DNA from: Selaginella moellendorffii | Lineage: Eukaryota > Plantae > Lycopodiophyta | DNA length: 64,000 bases | Reading direction: 5' to 3' | NCBI RefSeq assembly: GCF_000143415.4 | Contig: NW_003314295.1 | Span: forward strand, 1,356,646 to 1,420,645 | Shown here: positions 38,799 to 53,096 of the stretch, piece by piece | How the letters are laid out: each line of letters begins with the position of its first letter | Position numbering within the stretch: the first letter of the stretch is position 1 | Notes under the pieces: generated by a model | Told to the model about the DNA's origin: nothing | Databases searched by the model: none | What the model saw: the letters and a program-made list of their open reading frames with translations, nothing else | Translations under genes and position numbers: made by a program

Positions 38799-41700
38799 AT
38801 GGCGAATGGCGCGCCCCTGGCGTCGCCGGGCTCGTCCGGGAGGAGGCTTAGCAGGACGTATACGAATGGGATGTTCTCCGGCGAGGTTCTCGACAGTGAG
38901 GTGGTTCCTTCGTCGCTTGCCCCCATTGCTACCATTCTCCGGGTCGCCAACGAGATAGAGCCAGAGCGGCCGCGCGTTGCTTATCTGTGTATGTCCATGA
39001 TCTCGAGTTTTTTTTTTCGTTTCTTATGGGTGTTTTTTTTTAATCTTCCAGGTCGATTCTATGCGTTTGAGAAGGCGCATCGTCTTGATCCTACGTCTAG
39101 TGGGCGAGGCGTTCGGCAGTTCAAGACAGCTCTTTTGCAACGCCTTGAGAAGGTCTGAAAAAATCATAAAAATGCCAAAGACAACTCTGTAACTTTTGTT
39201 TGACAGGATAACGAGAGGTCGATCAGAAGCAGAGTGAAGCGCAGTGATGCACGAGAGATTCAGAGCTTTTACCAGCAGTACTATGAGCAGTATGTCAAGG
39301 CTCTGGATGGCGCTGAACACGCAGACAGGTATTCTTCGAATTTTTCTCTTGTCGTTTCCTTCTAACAACATGACGCACTGTTTGTGTTATGTCAGAGCCC
39401 AACTTGCAAAGGCTTATCAGACCGCAGGAGTCCTCTTCGAGGTTCTTTGTGCTGTCAACAAGACTGAAGAAGTTGCCCCTGAGGTATTGCTTAAGACAGC
39501 ACTCTCGTGCAAGTTACGCTAACAGGAAACATATAGATTATTGCAATGGGTCGAGACATCAAGGAGAAGAAGGAAATATACGTTCCGTATAATATTCTCC
39601 CGCTTGACGTTGCAGGCTCGTCACAAGCAATAATGCAGCTTCCAGAGGTGCACTTTCGCTTTTGTTTGGCACTGTCTTGGAAGTTTTGTTTATTCATTTT
39701 GTTTTCAGATCAAAGCCGCAGTCGATGCGTTGAGAAATATTCGCGGGCTACCATGGTCAGCTGCAACCAAACAGTCAAATAAAGATGTTATTGATTGGTT
39801 GAAGGAGAAGTTCGGCTTTCAGGTTCTATCATCTCCTTGCAGATCATAATGTAGGTGTTGACGCTCATCTTCCACAGAAAGATAACGTCTCCAACCAGAG
39901 GGAGCACCTGATTTTACTCCTTGCTAACGTTCATACGCGCATACAATCAAAGACTGAAACTATCAATAAGGTCCGATATCTTAAGCACCTTTTGAATTGC
40001 ACATTTAACAGCGATTTTGCAGCTAGAAGACCAGGCCATCAATGAGGTCATGCGCAAACTTTTTAAAAACTACAAGAGCTGGTGCAAGTTTCTGGGACGC
40101 AAAAGTAGTCTTACGTGGGTTTACTTTCTCCTTTTTTTTTCTTGACAACTATAATAATGTGCAGTCTTCCGGATATTCAACAAGACATCCAGCAACGCAA
40201 ACTCCTATACATGGGGTTGTATCTTCTAATCTGGGGAGAAGCAGCTAATCTTCGTTTCATGCCTGAATGCCTCTGCTACATATTTCATAATGTAAGTGAA
40301 CTGAAGCAATTTGGATGCGATGATGATAAATGATGGTCTGTAGATGGCTCTAGAGCTTCACGGGATGCTGGCTGGTAACGTGAGTTTCGTGACTGGTGAG
40401 AACATTAAACCTGCATATGGTGGTGAGGAAGAATCCTTTCTTCGCAAGGTTGTGACGCCGATATATGAGATCATTCAAAAGGTCTGCTAGTACTTTTATA
40501 TGTAATTGAAATTACCTCTGTATTTATCTCTAGGAAGCTGCGAGCAATGAATGTGGTACAGCGACCCATTCATCCTGGCGAAACTATGACGACCTGAACG
40601 AATATTTCTGGTCAGATGATTTTTCTTTTTTTTTCCAAAGGTTGACAGTCTTGTAAGGCAGGTCCGACCACTGTTTTCGCTTGGGATGGCCCATGCGCGC
40701 CGATTCGGACTTTTTCGTTCCGCCTTTGACAACAACACCATTTCAGGTGTGTTGTGATACTTATTCTGCGATGCTTCATAGAGATTTATGCAGACAATCT
40801 CCAAGAAGCCGGTTACGAGGAAGCTAAACAAAATCGGATTCGTAGAAATACGTTCCTTTTGGCATATATTCAGGAGCTTTGACAGAATGTGGACGTTTTA
40901 TATCTTATGCCTTCAGGTATTGTGCTTTACTTTCAGCTTTGGCAGCTAGAAGGCGAGTCTCTACAGGCAATGATCATTTTGGCTTGGAGCAAAACAAATT
41001 CGCCATCTGACATATTTGAAGACAAGATGCTTAAAAAGCTTTCGAGTATTTTCATAACGGCCTCAATTCTTCGTCTTCTGCAGAGTAAGACTTGGCCTAA
41101 CGCATGAAACGTAAAATAATTCATCTGTGCAGGCGTTCTCGATATTGCTTTTACCTTTAAGGCCTCTCGAAACATGCGATTTACGGGAATGCTGAGGCTC
41201 GTCCTTAAGTTCGCTATATCTTTAGCCTGGGTGATTACTCTTTCCACATTATATGCTCATTCGTGGGAGCCAAACGGATTGATGAAATCTGTAAAGAACT
41301 GGCTTGGACAAAACTGGAGGAATCCATCGCTATATACTGCTGCTTTGGTTTTGTATCTTCTGCCAAATTTTCTGGGAGCAGCCTTTTTTGTCTTTCCATT
41401 GTTGCGAAGATGGATAGAAAATTCTAACTGGCGGATAGTTCGCTTAATGCTGTGGTGGTCACAGGTAAGCTGCTGCTTTCTCGTTTTTGTAGCTGATTGA
41501 CACCTGATCTAGGTCCCACTGTATGTTGGTCGAGGAATGCATGAAGACCAGTTTACATTGTTCAAGTAAGTACGAATCATCGCCGACATAAAACTTAAGC
41601 TCTTTTGTTGCCAGGTATACAATGTTTTGGATACTGCTCGTTATTAGCAAACTTCTGTTTAGTTACTACGTTCAGGTAATTTAGATAGACTACATCTTGT

Positions 41701-44700
41701 TTACTGGGAAGATGTCCATGCAGATCAAGCCTCTGGTGGAGCCCACGAAGCGGATCATGGGAGTGAGACAAATAGTATACACTTGGCATGAACTGTTTCC
41801 GAACGGTACGCAGCTTTGTGCTCCATTTTGGCTCTAACAATGTACACCGCAGCGAAAAAAAATATTGCCGCTGTTCTTTCATTGTGGTCTCCTGTTATTC
41901 TGGTAAGCCGGCGACTTTTGTTATCAGAGTAACTTAATGCTCGCAACAGATATACTTCATGGACACACAAATTTGGTATGCTATATACTCGACGTTGTTT
42001 GGTGGGATTTTGGGCGCTTTCAGGCGACTTGGGGAGGTGTGAACATTACAGCTTTTAATTTTGTACGGCGATGAAGGCTCCTTGATTTTTCAGATTCGAA
42101 CGCTGGGCATGTTGAGATCGAGGTTCCGTTCGTTACCTGGAACTTTCAACGAGAATCTAATTCCCGTTGATAAAGCGCCTCGAAAGGGATTTTCTTTCTC
42201 TCGAAAATTTGAACAGGTTCCAAATCATTTTGTTGTATGACTTGGCATTACAACATTTACGTTGCAGAATACAGGGAAGGACAGGAAACAAGCTGCAAGA
42301 TTTTCTCAGCTTTGGAATGAAGTCATCACTAGTTTTCGTGAAGAGGACCTTATCAACAACAGGCAAGTGCGCTGTGTTCCTGAAAGTTCTCTAACTTGAG
42401 ACTGTTTACAGGGAAATGAACTTGATGCTTGTTCCATATTCATCGGATCCTAATCTTTCGATTGTGCAATGGCCACCATTCTTATTGGCTAGTAAGGTAT
42501 AATCAACTGCACAATTTGGCTAGGACTAATACTCGTTTCCAGATTCCTGTTGCATTGCAAATGGCTGCAGAATATCGCGGAAAAGACAATATAGATCTCT
42601 GGCGCAAAATCAAGGCCGATGACTACAGGCATTGCGCTGTTGAGGAATGTTATGAAGCCTTCAAAGCCGTCATTAAAACAATTATTAGAAATGAACCGGA
42701 CAAGCGGTACTATCTCCAGTTAATTCTATTTTCGGTTGCTAATACATCATTTCAGAATTATTGAAGATATAATACGCACTGTCGAGCGGGACATCCAAGC
42801 CAATACATTTCTGCATCATTTCAAATTAAGCGCTCTGCCTTCACTTGCTTCAAAATTTGTGAGGCTGGTGGAGCTTCTGGTAACATGCTGTTTTTTCTTC
42901 ACGGTTTTTTGTTCAAAATCACTTTCTGTGTCAGGCTCGTCCGGATCCAAACGCCCGGGATACGGTCATCTTACTCCTGCAAGATATGTATGAAGTTGTC
43001 ACAAAAGACATGATGGTCGAAGAAGTGGAACTTAAAAATACCAAGCACTCAAATTCCACAAATCAGCTATTCGACTCTGTTCTTTATCCACCCCCCGCTA
43101 CAGACGCGTGGTTTGAGCAAGTAATTTTGTTTTTCCTTACTCTTGTGCTGTCTAACCGTATAAGTTGTATCTACAGGTCAATAGACTTCATTTGCTTTTG
43201 ACTGTAAAAGAGTCTGCTATGGATGTCCCCGTGAACCTAGAAGCCCGCCGACGTATTGCGTTCTTCACAAATTCGTTATTCATGGATATGCCACGTGCTC
43301 CTCGAGTCAGGAAAATGCTACCGTTCAGGTTTGCTAGTTTGTCCAAATGAAGTTTCTCGTGGTTTATACTTGTTTCTGGTTTACAGCGTGCTCACTCCGT
43401 ACTACAGTGAAGACATTGTTTTTACCAAGGAGCAGCTTCATCTAGAGAACGAAGACGGTGTTTCTATACTTTTCTACCTTCAAAAGATATATCCAGGCAA
43501 GCGAGTTGTATTCACTTTTGGCTGGTATACTGATCAAGGAAAATAATTTGCAGACGAATGGGATAACTTTTTGGAGAGAATCGCATGTAAGTCGGATGCT
43601 GATGCGTGGGGGAACGAGGAGTTCGAAATGCAGCTTCGTCATTGGGCATCATTTAGGGGGCAAACTCTTCTAAGAACTGGTATGCTGCTTGTTTTTTATT
43701 ATGGCTTTTAATGCACGACAAATATTTGCAGTAAGGGGAATGATGTACTACCGAAGAGCACTCGAACTACAAGCGTTTCTTGACATGGCATCTGACGACG
43801 GTAAGAACTTCCTCTTCCAAATTGTAGTTAATATTTCTTGATTGCTTGCAGAGATATTGGAAGGCTACAAAGTGATTGGTTGCTCTTCAAAGGAAACGAA
43901 AAAGAGTCAAAGATCTGTATGGGCGCAGTTGCAAGCTGTCGCCGACATGAAGTTCACATACGTTGCTACTTGTCAGATTTATGGACTTCAAAAGCGCTCA
44001 GGTGATCAGCGAGCAACAGATATATTGAACCTTATGCTGAAGTAAGAAGTTTTTAATTTATGATCTCACATGTAAGATAACCTTGCTTGCTCGAAATGTA
44101 GGCATCCATCACTTCGCGTTGCATATATTGATGAAGTTGAGGAGACGCAGAAAGACAATAAAAGCAAGAAAGTATACTACTCTGTCTTGGTAAAGGCTGT
44201 CGACGGGCTTGATCAGGTACGCGGACTTGGACTCCTCTTGTTTGTCATCTGCTCATGTATTGTGGCTCTCAGGAAATATACAGGATAAAGTTACCAGGTC
44301 CAGCTAAACTAGGGGAGGGAAAACCGGAAAATCAAAATCATGCAATTATTTTTACGCGAGGCGAGGCTCTTCAGACGATTGATATGAACCAGGTAAGGTC
44401 AAATTATTAAAACCAGATGTTTAATCTTTTTGGTTTAGGATAACTACTTGGAGGAAGCATTCAAGATGCGAAATCTTTTGGAAGAATTTCATGAAGATCA
44501 CGGGGTGAGGCCTCCTAGTATTCTTGGTGTGAGGGAACATATTTTTACGGGAAGGTAACTGATCTGATTCAAAATTGTCTGGTTCTGAGTCATTGCTATC
44601 AGTGTTTCTTCCCTGGCGTGGTTTATGTCGAACCAAGAAACAAGTTTTGTCACGATCGGGCAGCGGGTGCTTGCAAATCCATTAAAGTAAGTCCATTAAC

Positions 44701-46684
44701 AGCAGAATCTTCTGTATTAATATGTTTTTTTTTGTCTTTCAGGGTGCGGTTCCATTACGGACATCCAGATGTATTCGACAGACTCTTTCACATAACAAGA
44801 GGTGGCATCAGCAAAGCTTCAAAAGTTATCAATCTGAGCGAAGATATTTTTGCTGGTAAACTTAATGTTCTAAGGTTACATCACTAGATAAGTGAGTACT
44901 GCAGGGTTCAATTCAACTTTGCGACGAGGAAATGTAACACATCACGAATACATACAGGTCGGGAAGGGCCGTGATGTTGGACTGAACCAAATAACACTTT
45001 TTGAGGCAAAAGTAGCAAACGGGAATGGTGAACAGACTTTGAGTAGAGATATCTATCGACTCGGCCATCGTTTTGATTTTTTCCGCATGATGTCCTGCTA
45101 TTTTACAACAGTTGGTTTCTACGTCAACGCCCTGGTATGAAACTGGTTTGTTCTGCTTCCATCATTCTAAAGATACTTTGTGCAGATCGTGGTGCTCACA
45201 GTCTATGTTTTTCTCTACGGACGGCTGTATCTATCATTAAGTGGCATGGAGAAGTCGCTGTTAAAAGTTGCAAACATGAAGAAAGACGTGAGCCTGCAAG
45301 CTGCCTTGGCCTCCCAATCGTTGGTTCAGCTTGGATTATTGATGGCACTTCCAATGATCATGGAGATCGGTCTTGAGAGGGGCTTTCGTACAGCAATCAG
45401 CGACTTCATCATAATGCAGCTTCAACTGGCTTCCGTTTTCTTTACCTTTTCTCTCGGCACCAAGGTTCACTATTTCGGTAGAACGATACTGCACGGAGGG
45501 GCAAAGTACAGAGCTACCGGCCGAGGCTTCGTCGTTCGTCATGAAAGATTTGCTGAGAATTATCGGTTATATTCGAGAAGCCACTTCACCAAAGCGTTGG
45601 AACTCATGATCCTGCTGATTGTCTACGTGGCTTATGGTTCGTCCGGGAATGGTGCGGTCGCTTATATGTTCATCACGGCTTCTATGTGGTTCCTGGTGGT
45701 CACCTGGCTATTCGCTCCCTTTCTGTTCAATCCGTCGGGTTTCGAGTGGCAAAAGATCGTGGAAGACTGGGACGACTGGAACAGGTGGATTGCTAACTCG
45801 GGAGGAATAGGAATTGCCGCGGTGAAGAGCTGGCAGTCCTGGTGGGACGAGGAGCATTCCTATCTCAACCACACAGGCTTGCGTGGTAGAATCATGGAAT
45901 CTCTCTTGGCGATACGCTTCTTTCTGTATCAGTATGGCCTCGTCTACCACCTCAACATCACCAGCGGTCACAAGAACATTCTGGTAAGTCCATTCTGTTG
46001 ATGCTTATTTTATAGCGTTGCGTGTCTGCTTGCAGATATACGCTCTGTCGTGGCTTGTGATAATCGGCATTTTGATCGTTTTAAAGGTAACCAGCGAGTA
46101 TTCTTTCGATACAAGAAACTTATGCCATTTTGTAATTTTTTGTAGATCGTGTCGATGGGACGAAGACGCTTCAGTGGTGACTTCCAACTCATGTTCCGGC
46201 TCTTAAAGGGGATGCTCTTCATGGGATTTGTTTCGATAATCATCATACTCTTCGTGGTGGTTGGCCTGACGGTCGGAGATCTCTTCGTCACGCTACTCGC
46301 GTTCCTCCCAACTGGTTGGGCCCTCTTGCAGGTAAAGCTATCGACACCAGACTCTTCCTCTTTTCCTTACCAAACTTCCACCTGCAAACTGGCAGCCTTT
46401 TTCTTACTGACGCTTTGATTAACTCCCACTTTTGCTTTTGTTCTCCGCAGATAGGAATGGCGTGCCGGCCACTGGTGGAATCGATGGGCTTCTGGGGCTC
46501 CGTCAGGGCCCTGGCACGGAGCTATGAGTTCTTCATGGGGCTGCTCATCTTCACGCCCGTTGCGATCCTGGCGTGGTTCCCATTCGTGTCCGAGTTCCAG
46601 ACGCGGCTACTCTTCAACCAGGCCTTTAGCCGCGGCCTCCAAATCTCTCGGATCCTTGCGGGCCGGAAGAAACTCGGTGAATGA
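38799..46684 (+). CDS. Callose (1,3-beta-glucan) synthase, intron-rich CalS5/GSL2-like
   Basis: DSEVVPSSL...[57 protein letters not shown]; roughly 40 short introns. Confidence 0.96.
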
Positions 46685-46872
46685 AAGATCGACCATATGA
46701 CCATGCAAGGAAAGATGTCACAGGTCCTCTCGTTTTGCAGTTTTGTACAAAACGGAACTTTACGACGAATATGATCACTAACAGACACACACATTTTGTA
46801 CGAGTCTAGAAACAAAGTCAATGTGATCTACTTCTGAAACAAAGTTAATGTGATCTGCTCGTCTTAGTTTCG

Positions 46873-47302
46873 TCACCTTTTATCGAGGAGATGGCATGTC
46901 AGGATGGCGTCCAGGGTTGAGACCTCTGCCATGGGACCGTCCTCTCCGGGCACCACGACCAGCCCGATGCTTTGCAGGACCCTCACGTTGGGCTGCGTCA
47001 CGTAGTTCGCCCAGTGGAACCGGTGCACAAAGAGGACCTTGGAAGGGTCCCAGGCGCGGACGATGAGCGTGAGCAAATTGTTGCACAGTTCTATCATGGT
47101 AGCATTGTGTTAGTAACAAACAGTGAAGATGGTGCCTTTGTTTCACCTTGGCCATGGAATGAGGTGACAGTGGCGATGAGCATGGCATCGGCCCGCTGCC
47201 GGAGATCTTCACCTCGGCCCAGCAACACAGGCTATGCGCCAGCGCCGCAACCTTGATCGCCCCAACGCTGCCGGTAACCCCCAGGAGAACTCTGGGGGCC
47301 AT
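46873..47302 (-). pseudogene. HAL3/phosphopantothenoylcysteine decarboxylase-like pseudogene
   Basis: PRVLLGVTGSVGAIK, frameshifted ADAMLIA/PLSPHSMAK, LCNNLLTLIVRAWD. The His-containing segment and the PAMN and ACGD motifs are missing. Confidence 0.75.
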
Positions 47303-47596
47303 TTTCAAAGCTCCACCCAAGCGTCTCACATAGAAATAAAACTGGGCGAGGAGATGAAGCGTTATGGTTGGAGGGAGCTTCACAACATGTGATCATTTTA
47401 TCAAAGATGTACACTTTTGAGACAAAAAAATTTCTGGTATAATGAATGTAACTGGCCAAAATATACACACACACAGCGAGTAAACAAGACGGCTTGCCTC
47501 GTTTTCCTTGTTTCTCTTCCATCCCTGCTTGTAAGTAAGAAAAGAAAAAAAAAAAAAGAATCCGATTCCTTCCTCGCTCCTAGAAACTTTCTCCAC

Positions 47597-49221
47597 TCAC
47601 GCCACTTTTATCCGGGACCCCGCCTCCGCCACCTTGTTCTTCCTCTTGGACAGCAGATCTAGAACTTGCCACGTCGCGTCGCCACGAACGAGCGGCTGGT
47701 TGTATACCAACGCCTGGCGCACCTCGTCTCTCCAGAGATTGGCCTGGATCATGGACACATTGGTGGCCGCCACCTTGCTCAGGATCCTGTCCAGCTTGTG
47801 CACGTCCCTCTCCGCCACCGTGACCGAGATCTTCCTCCAGTCGATGACGTGCGAGTAGGGGAGCTGGATGTTGTCCGCGATGATCACCGGGATGCAGCCC
47901 TGGATCACCGACTCCACGATGCGCGGGCTCCACGGCGCCCACCCCAGCGGGCACAGGCAGAACACCGAGCGCAGCATCTCCGCCTTGTAGTTGTCGGACC
48001 TCTTGCGCTTTATGAAGAAGCGCCGGTCGTGCGAGAAGCGTCGCCAGATTGTGGTTCTCACGCCCCTGCATTAAAATCACCCACGACAAAGTTGGTTTTC
48101 AGTCCGGACAGTGAAAGACAAGAGGAAAAAAGTACCTGCTGTACATGTGGCCGCTAACGTTCTTGGGGTGGATCTCCATCTTGCCCCTGAAAAACGCCAG
48201 GATCTTGCGGCGCTGGCCCCTGGGATCGGGCAACTTCTTGGCTGGAACCACGTAGGGAGGTATCTGGATGTGGTCCACATTCTGGCAGGGGTGCTTGTTC
48301 TTTTCCCCGAAAGTTTGCAGGATGATGGAGTTTCTCAAGAACTGTGGGATGCCCATTGCGACCGCTAAATCCTCCTGAGAAAACCACATTGGAAAGAGTC
48401 ATGCATGCATGCGAAGGAGCCAAAACTTATCAAGCCGTGATCCAGAAACGTACCATTGCATGGAAGCATGCCCCGAAGTCGTGGGTGGCAACAAAGACGT
48501 GGTCTCGGCCTTGATGGCGATCCCAGAAAGGCATGTTACGTGAAACCAAGCCCACTGCTGCCTGGAGAATGTCCGACGCGTGAAACAGCGTCGGGAACCC
48601 GGATCTGCTGGTGAAATTGCACGAGACGTACACGGGCATGAAGAAAAAGTCCGCCTCGTCCGGATCCAAGGTTCGCACGGGACTGCGCAGCAAATTCTGG
48701 TGAATGGCAACCTCGGCAGCGAAAAGATGGCTGCTACACCGGCTATCGACAAGCCAGTCGGTGTTGTAGCTGGAGGGAAGATCGTAGATATACACCTTGA
48801 TGTTGGAAGATAGACCTAGAGGACCACCTGGAGGAGAAATCCATAAGCAAGAGAACGCAAAAGAAGAAAATGCCCAAGTACCTTGATCGAGAATTGGGGA
48901 TTTAGATCTTTGCAAAAACACCGTGGGACGTTCTTCGATTACTGCCTTGGAAGCCGACCATGGACGAGTCGAGACGAATCGCTCCCTGGAAGGCCCACCG
49001 TCTATCGCCATCTCCGGTGATTCATCGAGCCTATCGGATGCTCCAAGCATCCATGCGAAGGGCGACGTGGTAACCGCGAAGGCGAGCAAGGATAGCACCA
49101 GGACTGCCTCGGCAAATCGGAGGCAGAGCCTGGATGTTCCAGAAATCCCATGCCTGGCGCCGGCAGCTCGGCTGGTTTCCTGCGAATTCTTCCTGGCAGC
49201 CCCTTTTGCGGTGATCCTCAT
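47597..49221 (-). CDS. GT47 exostosin-family glycosyltransferase, IRX7/FRA8-like (xylan synthesis)
   Basis: Type II TM; KVYIYDLPSSYN...RCSSHLFAAEVAIH, HDFGACFH, FCLCPLGWAPWSPRIVES. The start codon is uncertain. Confidence 0.9.
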
Positions 49222-51219
49222 GGGGCAGACTCGATGTGTCCGCTGCTGGGGGTGCGAAACCTTGGACGCATTTGCCTCGCCGCGCTCCACCAGATCATCG
49301 ATCCGCCGCAGCACAGCCCGACGATTTCTACGGCGATCCGGTGGCGACGCGAAATATTCTCACCCGCGGATCGAAATATTTGCCGCGGAAGTCCAAGACC
49401 GATCGTTATCAGATCCTGCTGAAAAGAAGGAAATCGGGATCGAGAGGAGGAGAAAGAGGAGAAAGAAGCGATGCTCCACAGCGAGAAATCGCGAATCGAT
49501 GACGGCGATCGAGGACTCAGAGGAAGCGCTCGCGAAAACTTGGCGCAATTCCTCCCTGCTTGGATCAGATCGAGCTCCAGTAGCAGCGATCGAGAGGGCA
49601 AGAAATGGCGGGCGCCGGGCAGGCGGACTCGCTATGGAGCCGCCGCCGATAGAAAGAAAGAGTAAAACCACAAACGCGAAAGCGTGCGTGGGGGATTTTT
49701 CCTCCTCCCCGGTTAAAATATTCCACCCTCCCCCGGTTAAGAACCGTTTTACCACACCCATTACGTACAAAATAATGTGGTCCACATTTGTTGGTTTGTA
49801 CTTGGGCCAGTGGCTCCCTGGCTATGAAAACTGTGCGTGTCATTATAGTAAGCAGGGCGCCAGCGAGGATATTGCTGGACCCCTCCATGGGATTATCCGC
49901 CAAAAATCTTCATACCATACCAAACCATTAGCGGCTAATTATTCCTCGCGAACGAGAACGCGGGGATTGGAATATGCCCCTGGAGAAGCATTGAACCACA
50001 CCAAACAAACGCAATTACACCTTTCTCGCATTCTTACAATTTCGCGACAACGACATAAGATTAAACTATGGGTGGGTGCGTGTTTATTTAGAATTAGGAT
50101 AGATATGGGCTTTGTATTCTTCCCTCAAACAAACCCCTCTATCTTCCAAAACGATCGATCGTGGATCGAGCATTGGATGCTCGCTGGGCTTTTCTCCATT
50201 CTTTAGCTCAAAAATGGACGTCAATTTTCGCGGTAAACATCTCAACTACCACGTAGGACGCCTGGCACTGCCATCCTGGCAGGATCGTCCGACGTGTCGG
50301 CCTGTCACTCGTCACGGGTGGCTCTGGTCCATCCCTCTACTCTCGTGACCCCTGCCACGCAGACGACACCATCATTCTCTAGCCTGCATTTTGACATCAA
50401 GATTTACCTTCCACTCTTTTTTACCTTGTACGGGAGTGGGTAAAAGTCGCTCTAGCTTTTCTCCAGGGAACCTGTAAGGAATCTTTGAAGCATAGAAAAG
50501 CTTTGGGTGGAATCATCACGCATTCCCCAAATCCTAAAGTAGTATAAGTTGACATAAAGGTTTTGATTGCACAGGCAGCAAGCCCAGGCACCCACAAAAT
50601 TAAATCATAAAAAATCATAGATTTCTCAAAGACAACACAAAAATCAAACCCAAAGCACAACATATCAGATTGACCGGAATAAAACCATCTAAGTATTGTT
50701 TAGTGCAAAAGAGCGGGTCTCTTTCCAATAATTAATATCCATAAAACCAAATCATGTTGGTCATACTCAACCTCATCCACTGCCATATTTTTTTATTGAT
50801 GTTTTTGCTCAAGGTACCTGGATTAAAAAGCCTGAAGCTCTTGCTGCCAGATTCGAACCCGGCATGAACCTTATCATTGTCTGGACTCGATTCTAAAAAG
50901 ATTCCACACCCGTGCAAGCATATTACCTGAGTTATGCATCGAAAGGATCAATCGAAAAGAAAAAGATGGTAGGAAACACAATAATATGAAAATAGTTGAT
51001 GATACGATTGGAGTTTCCAAACTCCTGTGATCATTTGCTCATACACGCGACCATCTCGCTCAATGCATTCTTATCTTTGGCCAAAGAGATCAATGAGTTC
51101 TCTTTTTCCTTTCTCTTCTTGTTCTCGCTGGCTGGAAGTTGTGCTTTAGAAAGTTTTGATTAGAAGAGAACTCAAGGTTATAAAAACAATGGGCGGATTT
51201 GCCAGAACTTACGGCCTTG

Positions 51220-53051
51220 TCAATTGTTCTTTGAGTTTGTGGTCGCACAGAACTGGAGGGAAGTTTGAGTGTCCGAGCTTCCCAGGCAGTTGTATGGATC
51301 CTCAGCCCCATACCACTCTCCCATGGCGTTCCAGCAGAAGGACGACGTAGTGGACAAGTCATTAGAACCGGAAAGCGTAAGACTTACATCCTGCAGGAAA
51401 ATATTCTGGCAAGGGACGGTGTCGCTGCACGCAAGGTACACTGAGAAATCTGTCCGAGACGTGCCGCGGATGTTCTTGAAATAAACGTCGTGAACTTGCA
51501 CCGCATCTGTCTGGAGCATCGTCAATTTCGGATCAAAACGCTCAGAGTTTCTTTAACCGAGAAACAGAAACCTGGTTCTCGCAAGGAAGCACACTGTCGC
51601 AGTAGAACTGGTTTATAATGACTGGAAATGCAACGTCATTCATTGTCACACTCTCGAAATGAACGTCACGAACCACCCCTGTACCGCCCTGGAAGCAAAA
51701 AAGAAGATCAGTCTAGCCAGCCTAGAAAAGATTGAAAGAGAAATATGTCACGCCTGCCATGTCTTAATCCTCAAGCCGTTTTGGGCTCCATTTATGACAA
51801 GGTCCTTGACATAAACACCAGCAACGCAAGCCCAGGAGTCATATTTTCCAAGGCCACCTATACTGCACAAGAAAAATATGAGAAAACTTCCGTGGAGATC
51901 ACGGGATCAGGAAAAACCCCACCTCACACCGTGGCCCGGACCACAAGTCACTCTCTCGATATAAATGTTATACGAGCCTGTTTGTATGGAGATGCAATCG
52001 TCCCCTGGAAAACCCACCACTTTGTCAACACCGAGAAAACTTCGAGCGATTACCTGTGCCGATGAGAGTGTCCTGGAGATAAACGTTTTCCGAGCGGACA
52101 ATATGTATACCATCTGTGTTGGGACTGTCGCTGGGAGCAACAACTTGTAGTCCTGTCATGTAGACCTCGTTGCAGCTTTCCACTGAGAGATGGAATTCCT
52201 GGCTGTCTTTCAAGGTCAAGTAGGAGATCTCCACGGCACTGCTGCGTCTCAGCAATACGGACTGCGAGCTGAGAGAGATACATTAGCGTTGAATGAGAGA
52301 AAAAAAAGCACCGACTCAAGGATATAGAAGTTTCAAAGCGATCCCATGCTTGTTCTTTTTGTTTAGTTCTGAAAGTTCGAGAGGCGGACGAGAGGTAACC
52401 TACGGTTGGTGATTTCGTTCGGCAATCCTGGCATTAAACATTTCCATCAGCGAAAAAGAGGAAAAGAAGATAAAGCTCACCGCAAAAGGATAGATCTTGC
52501 ATGAGTAAGCCCACCAAAAGTCACCTCTTCCGTCTATCACACCATAGCCGGTTAGCCTGAAAAGCTGGAGACCACTGAAAACCAGCCAGCCATCAAGGTC
52601 TACGTTCCAGTTACTAAGATCATCCCTTGCCATGATTGTTCCATCCACCTAGAAGGAGAAAACAATGTGAGTTCTTGGAAGAAACTATTGTTCTTTCTAG
52701 CTATGGAGGGCAAAATACCCGCAAAGTGATATAATCCGCGCAAGGACCCGAGAGCTCCACTGGCCCGATCACAAACGAGTATGTTGCTGGGAACAGCACT
52801 GTGGAGGACGGGACGAAGCAAGCAGCTTCCCAGGCGCTCAAAAATGCCTGGACGGTCGAAACAAGGAATTGGAATCGCACAGGTATTTTTCGCTCAAGAA
52901 CAAGTACCTGGGAGTCGTCCGTCTCGCCATCGCCAAGCGCGCCAAAGGATGTGACATCGAAGACCGGAGGGACGAAAAGGAAGTCGCTATCTTCCAGCGC
53001 CGATCCGACGCTCGCGAAGGCGATCGCGATCGCCATTGCGATCGCGCGCAT
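51220..53051 (-). CDS. Polygalacturonase (GH28), multi-exon
   Basis: Signal peptide, [12 protein letters not shown], and all four GH28 motifs: SPNTDG, GDDC, CGPGHG, RIKT. Confidence 0.93.
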
Positions 53052-53096
53052 TCCTTGCCCAAAGTATGGGATTATTTTTAGGGTTCTTGGGAGGCA

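Noticed and set aside
48923-50206. 427-aa plus-strand ORF
   Set aside because: Antisense shadow of the GT47 5' region plus promoter DNA; non-ATG start and no recognisable domain.
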